A stretch of 63,982 nucleotides of DNA, taken from a candidate division FCPU426 bacterium. GTDB taxonomy: Bacteria > Oederibacteriota > PGYV01 > Palsa-1178. Numbering within the stretch: the stretch's first letter is position 1; every line of letters begins with the position of its first letter. Shown piece by piece: positions 45,121 through 53,128 of this stretch. The position numbers and the translations under genes are program-made. The notes beneath the pieces were generated by a model. That model saw only the letters and a list, made by a program, of their open reading frames with translations, had not been told where the DNA came from and searched no databases. The stretch spans positions 1-63,982 of the forward strand of contig PMTB01000064.1 in NCBI GenBank assembly GCA_003167475.1. Direction: 5' to 3'.

Positions 45121-46176
45121 TTAGCCGCAAATAACCAGTGAATCGCTGAATTCTCCGAGCTTTTCTGCGCCTTTATCGGTGATCAGATAGTCATCTTCTA
45201 TCCTGATTCCATATTTACCTTCAAAATACACCCCGGGCTCGCATGAAAATACCATGCCTTTTTCAAACTTAAGCCCTTCTTTCGGGTTTACGGACGGTAT
45301 TTCATGGACATCCAGGCCCATGCCGTGTCCCAAAGAGTGCGTAAAGTACTTGTCCAGGCCGTCCAATGCCAGTGAATTCCTGGCCGCCAGGTCGGCTTCC
45401 TTTATGATAATGCCCGGTTTATAACTTAAAAGCGCGGTTTGCTTGGCTTTAAGCACTGACCCGCAGTATTTCTCTATCTGTTTTAAACGAGGCTGTATTA
45501 TACCGAAAGCAAAAACCCTTGTCAAGTCAGAAGCATAGCCTTTGTACTTAACACCGGCGTCAACCAGGACCAGGGTATTCGGTTTAAGCTTTCTTGAGGA
45601 TGTTGCGTGATGCGGAACAGCCCCGTTTTCATTAAAAGCTATAATAGGAGAAAAAGAAAGGCCGTCTGCCCCGTGTTTCCTCGAATAATAGTCGAATTCA
45701 AGGCTCAGGTCCTTTTCCGAGATACCGGTTTTTAGTATCTTAGCCATATGTTTCATGGCTTTCTCGGTTATGGCAACGGATTTTCTGATGAGGGATATCT
45801 CGCCCGGGTCCTTTTTCATGCGCAGAAAACTCACCGTGGGATCAATGGCGGCTTTGGGGCAGTTTGCGCTTATATGAAGGTATTCGGAGAGGGGGGTGTT
45901 TTTATTAAGCAGGACCTCGGTTTTTTTTATCAGCAGCGACAGGTCATTGAAAAAATTCCGGGTAATGCTGATCTCAAAATCCTCCTCGATAGCCGAGCCT
46001 TTCATCATTCCCGAATAGCGGGGATCGGTCATGAATACCGCGGAATTTTTAAAGATTATTATTTTCCCGAATGTACCGCTGAAACCCGAGAGGTAAAAAA
46101 CATCGGAAGGGTCGGAAATATAGTAAGCCTGGTTTTTTTTCAGAAGTTTCGCCACATTGGATGTTCTTAGATTCAT
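45121..46176 (-). CDS. M24-family Xaa-Pro aminopeptidase
   Basis: Metal ligands in the M24B pattern (DAGVKYKGYASDLTR, HSLGHGMGLDVHE, EPGVY, IEDD). Confidence 0.88.
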   Translation of the reverse strand: MNLRTSNVAKLLKKNQAYYISDPSDVFYLSGFSGTFGKIIIFKNSAVFMTDPRYSGMMKGSAIEEDFEISITRNFFNDLSLLIKKTEVLLNKNTPLSEYLHISANCPKAAIDPTVSFLRMKKDPGEISLIRKSVAITEKAMKHMAKILKTGISEKDLSLEFDYYSRKHGADGLSFSPIIAFNENGAVPHHATSSRKLKPNTLVLVDAGVKYKGYASDLTRVFAFGIIQPRLKQIEKYCGSVLKAKQTALLSYKPGIIIKEADLAARNSLALDGLDKYFTHSLGHGMGLDVHEIPSVNPKEGLKFEKGMVFSCEPGVYFEGKYGIRIEDDYLITDKGAEKLGEFSDSLVICG

Positions 46177-46793
46177 TTTTTAATGGTGATGACGCCGAGG
46201 TTGTACTCTATGACCGGCGCGTAAAAAGGGATGGCCTCAAGCATGTCTTCGGCTTTGTCAAAGACTTTGATCACGGCGGGATTGTTTATCCAGCAGACGC
46301 GCGCAGAGAACCTTTTGATCTCAAAAGGCCTGCCGCCCGAAGCCATGATTTCGGCGAACCTTTTCTGGGTAAAATGCTGGTGGTTGTTTAAGAGCGTCAG
46401 GTTTATGTAAAAAAGCGGGTTGTACCTGTTTGCTTCTATCACTATCACGCGTTTTTTCGCGACGCGTACCATCTCTTTCAGGGCGTTCTCGGGATTTGAG
46501 GCGTGGTGCAGCATGTCCTTTTCAATAACGGTGTCAAAACTTTTGCTTTTGAATTTCATTTTTTCGGAATCGGCTTTTTTAAAGACAAGCCCCGGGGCCG
46601 ACAGGTTTTTCCAGTTTGGGTTGGTCTCTATATCCGTCGCGGTAATTTTTTTGAAATATCCCCTGCGGAGATATGCGTCCCAGCCGTCGCCGCAGCCCGA
46701 GTCAAGGAGCGTCGTGCCTGAAAAATAGGGTTTTGTTTTTTCTATGACGCGCAGCCTGTACTGGTTGATGTTCTCCGGGGCGTTAGGTATCAT
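46173..46793 (-). CDS. class I SAM-dependent methyltransferase
   Basis: Motif I LLDSGCGDGWD. Confidence 0.75.
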   Translation of the reverse strand: MIPNAPENINQYRLRVIEKTKPYFSGTTLLDSGCGDGWDAYLRRGYFKKITATDIETNPNWKNLSAPGLVFKKADSEKMKFKSKSFDTVIEKDMLHHASNPENALKEMVRVAKKRVIVIEANRYNPLFYINLTLLNNHQHFTQKRFAEIMASGGRPFEIKRFSARVCWINNPAVIKVFDKAEDMLEAIPFYAPVIEYNLGVITIKK

Positions 46794-47814
46794 ATTTTTT
46801 AAGTTCCTTTATCACTTTTTTAAGGGGCGGCGAGTCAAACACCCTTTTGCCGGTCAGCTCGTTTGTCACAGACAGGTACATCTGGGAAATAAGTTTTTTG
46901 ATTTCGGCAGGCAGCGGCGGAGGCTGCACTTTTACCAGCGACTTCCAGTCCGAGCCTCCCATTTTTTTCGCCTTTTCGATCTCGGTGAACCATTCCGTTT
47001 TCCTGTACCACCTGCGCGCGAATTCCTTGCTAATATGGAAACCGTCAAAGAGGAACCTGCATTCATCCGGCGTCCCGAGCACGTCAACCACCATGATGTC
47101 GCCCTGCGCGTCCATTCCAAACTCGAACTTCCCGTCAATATTCTCTATCTTGGCCTTTTTACAGGCAGTTGTTATTATTTTGTTTATCTTAAGAACGAGT
47201 TCCTTAAGTTTTTTTATATTTTTGTCGTCGAGCCCCGATATTTTTTGCGCTTCATCCCAGGTAAGGTAGCGGTCGGTGTGCTCAAGCTTGGTTGATACGT
47301 CCACAACGGGATTTTTCAGGACCTCATTTATAACAGGCTCATGTTGTAATCCCAAAGACTTAAAATCGGCGCTGCCGTCCTTTATTCTTTTAAAGACGGA
47401 AGAACTTTCGGTAAGTTTATTGCGGTATATAACCTCGAGAGGTATTAGATAATTAGCGAGTTTTCCTTTTTTGTAAACGGAATAATCATATTTGTTCCCA
47501 TCCTTGTCATATGCCGGCTTTAAAACGCGTACTACCTTCACTCTCATCCTGTTTGAGGGTGATTTTGTTTTTGAGAATGGTTTTAAAACTCCTCCCTCGT
47601 TAAGACCTATAAAGTGCGTTTTAATCCCGTTTTTTTCAAGAAGGGCGAAAAAATAGGAGGATAGCATGCACAAAGCCGGTCCTTTTTTTTCTATATGATC
47701 GGGCATTTCCCCCCAGTCAAAAACAGAATATCTGTCGGAAAATATGAATTCCCCTTCTCCTTCCGATTTTATTTCAGCTTTTTTAATTATTTCAACTTCC
47801 TTGACAGATCCCAT
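46783..47814 (-). CDS. purC: SAICAR synthetase-like protein (long form)
   Basis: SDRYSVFDWG matches the SDRxSxFD motif. Start placed at the Met preceded by AGGAGG. Confidence 0.65.
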   Translation of the reverse strand: MGSVKEVEIIKKAEIKSEGEGEFIFSDRYSVFDWGEMPDHIEKKGPALCMLSSYFFALLEKNGIKTHFIGLNEGGVLKPFSKTKSPSNRMRVKVVRVLKPAYDKDGNKYDYSVYKKGKLANYLIPLEVIYRNKLTESSSVFKRIKDGSADFKSLGLQHEPVINEVLKNPVVDVSTKLEHTDRYLTWDEAQKISGLDDKNIKKLKELVLKINKIITTACKKAKIENIDGKFEFGMDAQGDIMVVDVLGTPDECRFLFDGFHISKEFARRWYRKTEWFTEIEKAKKMGGSDWKSLVKVQPPPLPAEIKKLISQMYLSVTNELTGKRVFDSPPLKKVIKELKKYDT

Positions 47815-47952
47815 AAACCGCCTCCTGAACATAAAAAGTTAAATCTTTAAGTACGCTTATTTTAACAAAAGAACGCCTATAAAACAATATAAAGTAATAT
47901 TTCATACTTTAATTTCGGGTTCAACGGATTTTTCCTGAACGTATTATTTGTC

Positions 47953-47961
47953 TTTTCCACA
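47953..47961 (+). promoter_or_regulatory. near-consensus DnaA box TTTTCCACA
   Basis: One mismatch, inside the 420-bp AT-rich non-coding island. Confidence 0.4.
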
Positions 47962-48007
47962 ATACCGGGTTTTACAACAATAAAAGCTTATATCTTATAT
48001 ATAAAGA

Positions 48008-48022
48008 TTGTTGTTGTTGTTG
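48008..48022 (+). repeat. (TTG)5 trinucleotide repeat followed by TGTTGTTAATAAC
   Basis: Direct reading of the sequence. Confidence 0.9.
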
Positions 48023-48124
48023 TGTTGTTAATAACACTGATAACTATAAATCCCCATAGATTAAAAAGTTAACAGCGTTTAGTTAATGTTAATAACAATA
48101 TATTTTTGAACGGTAACACCATGC

Positions 48125-48133
48125 TTATCCACA
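48125..48133 (+). promoter_or_regulatory. perfect DnaA box TTATCCACA
   Basis: Exact 9-mer. A TTATCAACA variant lies at 48154-48162. Confidence 0.6.
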
Positions 48134-48252
48134 CTGTAATTTATCTGTTTTTATTATCAACATGTTATCATTGCTGTATTAACAGTTTATTAACAGCCGA
48201 TTTTTGTGTTTTTTAGGGATCTTGCAGCAGTCAAAATACAAAATGATAATAA

Positions 48253-48807
48253 TCAATAGGAAAGTTCTTTTTTTACGGCATTCAGCATTTCTTTAATAAG
48301 GGCATCCGTGGCTAAAGGGGCTTTTAACGACCATTTTATTGTTCCGTCCCTGCCTATTACATATATATAAAAAAGCGCCGCGTTATCAACCATCAAATTT
48401 TTTGATAGTTTTTCCTTATCGCCCGTAAAAATAAGGAACCTGTCCCATTTGTCTTTGGGCAGGCTGTTTTTAATTCCGTTAAATATAAGCCCTCCGATGA
48501 CCGGTATATCCCCCGTAACCGCAACCTCGCAATATACCGGGTTTGTGTTCCCTTTATATAATGAAGTAAAGGTGTTGATCCAGCTGTCGGTCTGTTCCAA
48601 ATCCTGCCTGGCAAACGTCAATACAGCGACTTCAACCCTTGGTGAAACTGGGTCAGGAACAGTTATAACAACATCATTAAGGTTTTTTGCGGAAAAAGAT
48701 TGAAATTTAATCATTATATCGGGCTGGGACCTGGAAGGTATATTTTCAGCCGGTAACAGGCAAAAAAATGCGCTCCAAACTGAAAAAACAATAATTAACT
48801 GTTTCAT
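48253..48807 (-). CDS. secreted hypothetical protein
   Basis: Signal peptide, AGGAGG RBS, no recognisable motif. Confidence 0.6.
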   Translation of the reverse strand: MKQLIIVFSVWSAFFCLLPAENIPSRSQPDIMIKFQSFSAKNLNDVVITVPDPVSPRVEVAVLTFARQDLEQTDSWINTFTSLYKGNTNPVYCEVAVTGDIPVIGGLIFNGIKNSLPKDKWDRFLIFTGDKEKLSKNLMVDNAALFYIYVIGRDGTIKWSLKAPLATDALIKEMLNAVKKELSY

Positions 48808-48831
48808 GCCGCCTCCTGTATTTTTTATATT

Positions 48832-48870
48832 AAAAAAGAGGGAGCAAGTTTCATCTGCTCCCTCTTTTTT
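48832..48870 (-). terminator. symmetric intrinsic terminator-like hairpin 22 nt upstream of the RBS of 48253..48807
   Basis: AAAAAAGAGGGAGCA / TGCTCCCTCTTTTTT with a 9-nt loop. U-tracts on both strands. Confidence 0.75.
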
Positions 48871-48871
48871 A

Positions 48872-48939
48872 AGTCCAGGGCTGCTTAGGGGACTTCACTT
48901 AAGGGGACTTAAGGGGTTTAGGTAGGAAAGCCCTGGACT
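48872..48939. repeat. 11-bp-stem hairpin whose 46-nt loop holds three direct TTARGGG(AC/TT)TT repeats
   Basis: AGTCCAGGGCT / AGCCCTGGACT. Loop CTTAGGGGACTTCACTTAAGGGGACTTAAGGGGTTTAGG. Confidence 0.7.
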
Positions 48940-48984
48940 ATCAAGATTTATTTGAGCGCTTATTGACCGGTTGAATTCACAATA

Positions 48985-49013
48985 ATGATACCCTCAATTC
49001 ATATGGTTGTCAA
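48985..49013 (-). promoter_or_regulatory. promoter-like TTGACA-17-TATCAT (minus strand)
   Basis: The minus strand reads TTGACA (49013-49008), a 17-nt spacer, then TATCAT (48990-48985). CCGATTTTCTCC lies just upstream. Confidence 0.45.
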
Positions 49014-49098
49014 TATGGCGGAGAAAATCGGTTTCAGAATACAGCCTTTTGTTTCATTCCTGAAAATTGTTTATTGCTCTTATTTGCGATTTTAGGAA

Positions 49099-50802
49099 TT
49101 ACCAGCCAATGCTGTGTGAATTTTTTTTGGTTTCAACTTTTACAGGCGCAGCCGTCGGAACGGCTGCGGGAGCCGCCGTCACTGTGACCGGTGCGGCGGA
49201 TTTTACCGCTGGTTTTGCCTGCACGGCAGCGGCCGGGGCCGCGCTGACAGCGGCCGAAGCCCCGTCGGATGTCACCTTTATTACCATGACCTCGGCGCGC
49301 CTGTTGCGGTATTTATTTTCATTTGTATCATTGGCTACGAGGGGTTTTGCGTCCCCGTACCCCGTTATAGTTATCCTCGCCGGGTCTATTTTACATATCT
49401 GCACAAGGTAAGTTTTTACGGCGTCCGCCCTGGCCACGGAGAGCGCATAATTTGATTTGAACCTTTTTGTCTTAATTGGGTCGGAATCGGTGTGCCCCTC
49501 AATTAGAATGGGCGCTTTGTTTGACTGAAGGATCTTTGCCATATCGTCCAGGGCCGTCCTGAACTCGGGTTTTATATTTGACAGGGCGGAATCATAATGT
49601 ATGACAGGATAAAAGAGCAGCTTATCCCCCTGCTGGACCGTTTTTACCTTAAGGGCTTCGGGATTGAAAGGAGCTATTTCACCCGGGGGCGTATTATCCC
49701 GGGGAACATATATGCCGCTCTGGGCCGGCGCCGAGGCTGATACGGGGATAGCGGCCGGAGTAAGCTGGGTTTTGGCCGGTTCCTTCACGTCAAACACCTC
49801 GTTTTGTTTTGTCCCGGTTGAGGCCTGGACCGTGGGGGTGTATGTGGGAAGCGGCGCGCTTAAGACCTGGTAAAGCCAGACCGGTGACTGCCCTCCCGAG
49901 GTAATTAAGGGTTTCATATCGTCCTTATTGCTGTTCATTATCCATATTGACGGCAGGTATTTATCATTACGGGAACTTGAATATATTATTTTGGCCCCGT
50001 CGGGTGAATATGAAGGCGCGTTGCTTTTACCGTCCGTGGTCAGGGCAAACTCGGTTTTAGTGACTATGTCGACCATGAAAATATTCGTGCTTTCCCCGTC
50101 CGTGACCGTGTAAACAACTTTAAGGCCGTCCGGAGAGAATGAGGGAGAACCGGCTTTTTTTCCGATCAGGTTGGTCAGTTTGTCCGGCTGAAGCGCGTCC
50201 AAATCCTTGATGCAAAGGTTGTAGGTGTCTTCATTTTCCTTGATAACGTAAACCAGTTTTTTATTTTTTGATACGGCCGGGGACAGGCAGTTATGGGTGT
50301 CTGTCAGCGCGACCAGGTCAAAACCGTCCCTTGTCATCATCCATATCTCGCCGCGCCTGGCGAATACTATGTTATTTGAGTCCGTGGTAAAGCAAACGGA
50401 GTTCTTAAAATTAAAATTGTGCGTTTCGGAGTCTATTTGGTCCTCGTCAAAGGTCACGGGGTAGGCTCTTTTTTTCAACAGGTCCCCCACCCAAAGGTTG
50501 TAGGTTTTTTTGTTCTGGACCCAGTATGCCGTGTAAAACCCGTCAGGGGAAACAGCGGGGAACCATTTGCTGTTGGAGTCCGGGAATATTTCCTCTATGG
50601 AGGCGCCGTCCGGGTCCATCCAGTACAGATTACCGTTATTTGTGTAAACTATTTTTTCGAGGTGGGGCACCGGGGTGGCGGTCGCAGACGGGGCGGCGGC
50701 GGCCTTTATTTTATTGTTGTTGCACATGGCGCCGGAAAAAATAAAAGCTGTGATTACGGCTGCGGTCAATAATCCGGTGAATTTTTTATCAATCATGATC
50801 AT
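49099..50802 (-). CDS. TolB-like beta-propeller fused to a C-terminal OmpA/Pal-type peptidoglycan-binding domain with an Ala/Pro/Val-rich tail
   Basis: PD40-like repeats (SP.VSPDG..., SPSFSPDG, APSYSPDGAKI). OmpA domain (IEGHTDSDP...NYALSVARADAV..YL....RITITGYGD.KP.A.N....N....RRAEV). Confidence 0.8.
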   Translation of the reverse strand: MIMIDKKFTGLLTAAVITAFIFSGAMCNNNKIKAAAAPSATATPVPHLEKIVYTNNGNLYWMDPDGASIEEIFPDSNSKWFPAVSPDGFYTAYWVQNKKTYNLWVGDLLKKRAYPVTFDEDQIDSETHNFNFKNSVCFTTDSNNIVFARRGEIWMMTRDGFDLVALTDTHNCLSPAVSKNKKLVYVIKENEDTYNLCIKDLDALQPDKLTNLIGKKAGSPSFSPDGLKVVYTVTDGESTNIFMVDIVTKTEFALTTDGKSNAPSYSPDGAKIIYSSSRNDKYLPSIWIMNSNKDDMKPLITSGGQSPVWLYQVLSAPLPTYTPTVQASTGTKQNEVFDVKEPAKTQLTPAAIPVSASAPAQSGIYVPRDNTPPGEIAPFNPEALKVKTVQQGDKLLFYPVIHYDSALSNIKPEFRTALDDMAKILQSNKAPILIEGHTDSDPIKTKRFKSNYALSVARADAVKTYLVQICKIDPARITITGYGDAKPLVANDTNENKYRNRRAEVMVIKVTSDGASAAVSAAPAAAVQAKPAVKSAAPVTVTAAPAAVPTAAPVKVETKKNSHSIGW

Positions 50803-51893
50803 TTGCTCCCGGCCGTTGCGGCGGGTTCCGCATTGGTTTTGATCTCCGCGACTGACGGAAAGAAAGCGCTGAAATTATAGGTAAGCCTTATTTTTTCTTT
50901 TGTATTCAGGTTCGTGCTGAAAATGTCATTGCCTTCGACAAATATCAGCGAGTTGCCGTCCGAGCTCCAGCAGGGGGAAGTGCCGCCGTTTAATGTAACC
51001 TGAAAATCGGAGCTGCCGTCGGGGTACATGACCCAGATATTGGGGCCATTGTTCCTGTCGCTGATATAGGCTATCTTATTTTTTGATTTATCGACATTGG
51101 ATTTGCTCCAGGATATCTCGTTGTCAAGGTAATAGGTGTCCTTTATGCTTTTTTTATCAAGACCGGAAAACTGCACCACCGAGATATTCCTGTTGTTGAA
51201 AAATGCAATCGTATTATTGTCGCCCCAGTCAAAAGCCGGTATGACAAGCTGGCTGTCCGATATCTGCCGGATGTTTGTCCTGTCGATATTCATGGTCCAC
51301 AGGCCGTTATGGTTCCTGGTTTTTTCCCTGGCAAAAAGTATCCTGGGCGCGGCTATATCGGGGCTTATTTTGAAGGACGTGATGTCGTGGTAATCAGTGA
51401 GGGCCGACGGAGCCTCCCCGGTCACGTCTATGGTCCATATGTCGCCGAGTTTCAGAAAATAAATGGATTCAAAATGCTCGGCCGTGGCCTTTAGCCAGGC
51501 TATCTGTCCCCTGCACTTAAGGTCGACCTTGTTGATGTTCTCCTGGTTGAACGTGAGCTGGACCTGGTTTGTTCCGTCGGAATTCATCATCCACAGGTTA
51601 TTGAAACCGCTCCTGTCGGAAAGAAAAGCTATTTTTTCCCCGGAAGGGGAAACAACGGGGCACCAGTTATTTCCTTCTCGGGTGAGTATTTTTTTGTCGC
51701 TTCCGGTCAGGCCCATCAGCCCGACCTGGTATAAATTCCGGCTGTCCTCAAAAACATAAAGTATATTTTTTGTATAATTGGAATTCTGGGCGGTAGGAAC
51801 AGGCGCCGGGACATCGGCAAAAATAAAATTAGCCGCCAGTAATAATAATGAAGACAAAATAAGGAACGAGTTAATTATTCTTCTTCCGCCCAT
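50799..51893 (-). CDS. TolB-like periplasmic beta-propeller protein
   Basis: Signal peptide and PD40-like repeats (CPVVSPSGEKIAFLSDRSG, IAYISDRNNGPNIWVM, SPCWSSDG). Overlaps the downstream gene by 4 nt. Confidence 0.75.
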   Translation of the reverse strand: MGGRRIINSFLILSSLLLLAANFIFADVPAPVPTAQNSNYTKNILYVFEDSRNLYQVGLMGLTGSDKKILTREGNNWCPVVSPSGEKIAFLSDRSGFNNLWMMNSDGTNQVQLTFNQENINKVDLKCRGQIAWLKATAEHFESIYFLKLGDIWTIDVTGEAPSALTDYHDITSFKISPDIAAPRILFAREKTRNHNGLWTMNIDRTNIRQISDSQLVIPAFDWGDNNTIAFFNNRNISVVQFSGLDKKSIKDTYYLDNEISWSKSNVDKSKNKIAYISDRNNGPNIWVMYPDGSSDFQVTLNGGTSPCWSSDGNSLIFVEGNDIFSTNLNTKEKIRLTYNFSAFFPSVAEIKTNAEPAATAGSK

Positions 51894-51952
51894 TTTTACC
51901 TCAATGTTCAGATTTTTATTTATTTTATACGCTTTTTATTGATAAGTCAATG

Positions 51953-52015
51953 TTTTTCCTGTACTGCCAAAATCGAATTTGAGGTCTGTTTTTGTGATTT
52001 TGGCAGTACAGGAAA
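51953..52015 (-). promoter_or_regulatory. AAAATC/CAGACC-loop hairpin, copy 3
   Basis: Perfect 21-bp stem TTTTCCTGTACTGCCAAAATC / GATTTTGGCAGTACAGGAAAA. The loop has GGTCTG (51982-51987). The foot lies 2 nt from a minus-strand TTGACT (51950-51945) -17- TAAAAT. Confidence 0.65.
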
Positions 52016-52053
52016 ATCAATATCCGCTATAATCACAGTATATAATTATTAAC

Positions 52054-53099
52054 TCAAAGGATTAACATGGAGTCGCCGTATGAAAAGAGCCTGTATTTTT
52101 CAGCGATGGCTGCGGCATAAGCCCTCCTGATATTTTCAAGCCCGGCGAAAGCGCTCACGAGGGCCAGAAGGGAGGTTTTGGGCAGGTGAAAGTTGGTAAT
52201 AAGACGGTCAACGGTTTTGAACTTGTATCCCGGATATATGTAGATGGAGGTTGAGCCTTTGCCGGGGATAAGACCGTCTCCGGGTGAAGTAGCCGCTTCA
52301 AGCACCCGCATCGACGTGGTGCCGACGGTAAATATTTTTTTGCCTGCTGTTTTTGCGGTATTTACAGCCGCAGCCGTTTTACCGCTTACTTCGTAATTTT
52401 CCGAGTGCATTCTGTGCGTCCGTATGTCTTCTTCACTTATTGATTCAAAAGTACCCAGGCCCACGTGAAGGGTGACAGGGGCGATGATCACTCCTTTTTC
52501 CCTGAGGGATGAAAACATATCCGGGGTAAAATGAAGGCCCGCAGTGGGGGCGGCCACTGCGCCCTGATTTTCGGCGTAAACGGTCTGGTATCTCTCGCGG
52601 TGTTTTGCATTTTTTGCGTCGTCTTTTATATACGGAGGAAGGGGCATGCTGCCAAAGTCCCACAATTTTTTTATCAGTTCATCGGGTTTAAGATTAAACT
52701 CGGCTTCCACGAGCCTGCCCTTTTTTTCACGACCCTGAGCCTGATCTGTCCGTCAAAGAGAACGAAGTCGCCCTCATCCACCCTTCGTGAATTTTTCATG
52801 AGCACATCCCACACATTTCCTTTTAAGTTGTCAAGAACGAGCACGCTTATGGCGGATCCGGTTTTTTCCGTTTTTCCGTCGAGGTTTGCGGGGATGACTT
52901 TGGTGTCATTGATCACAAGGCAGTCGCCCGGAGCGAAATACCCTGTTACGGAGGAAAAATGGGAATGCTTTATTTCCCCGCTCTCCCTGTTCAAAACCAT
53001 GAGCCTGGAAGCGGACCTGTCCGGAAGCGGCTGCTGTGCTATGAGCTCCTTGGGGAAGGAATAGTCGTAGTTTGAGAGCTTGTATAAGTCGTCGGGCAA
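52054..53099 (-). pseudogene. queA: S-adenosylmethionine:tRNA ribosyltransferase-isomerase, reading frame broken at a homopolymer
   Basis: The N-terminal part (to 52674) and C-terminal part (from 52710) are both clearly QueA (YDYSFPKELIAQQP...; PLPPYI..., LHVGLGTF) but in different frames. The switch maps to the T7 run at 52721-52727 (A7 on the coding strand). One extra A restores ...VVKKKGRLVEAEFNL... TTG start at 53099 with an AGGAGA RBS. Confidence 0.8.
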
Positions 53100-53128
53100 T
53101 ATAATTCTCCTTTCGTTTAAGTTATTAA

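Noticed and set aside
48008-48022. (TTG)5 as DnaA-trio elements.
   Set aside because: DnaA-trios are 3'-(G/A)AT-5' repeats, and TTG/CAA does not fit. It is reported only as a microsatellite inside the island.
48179-48194. TTAA-N7-TTAAC, formally identical to the alphaproteobacterial CtrA box (also TTAA-N7-TTAA at 12821-12835).
   Set aside because: Nothing else suggests an alphaproteobacterium, and the motif is easily produced by chance in AT-rich DNA. I kept it only as a phased-repeat observation, not as a CtrA site.
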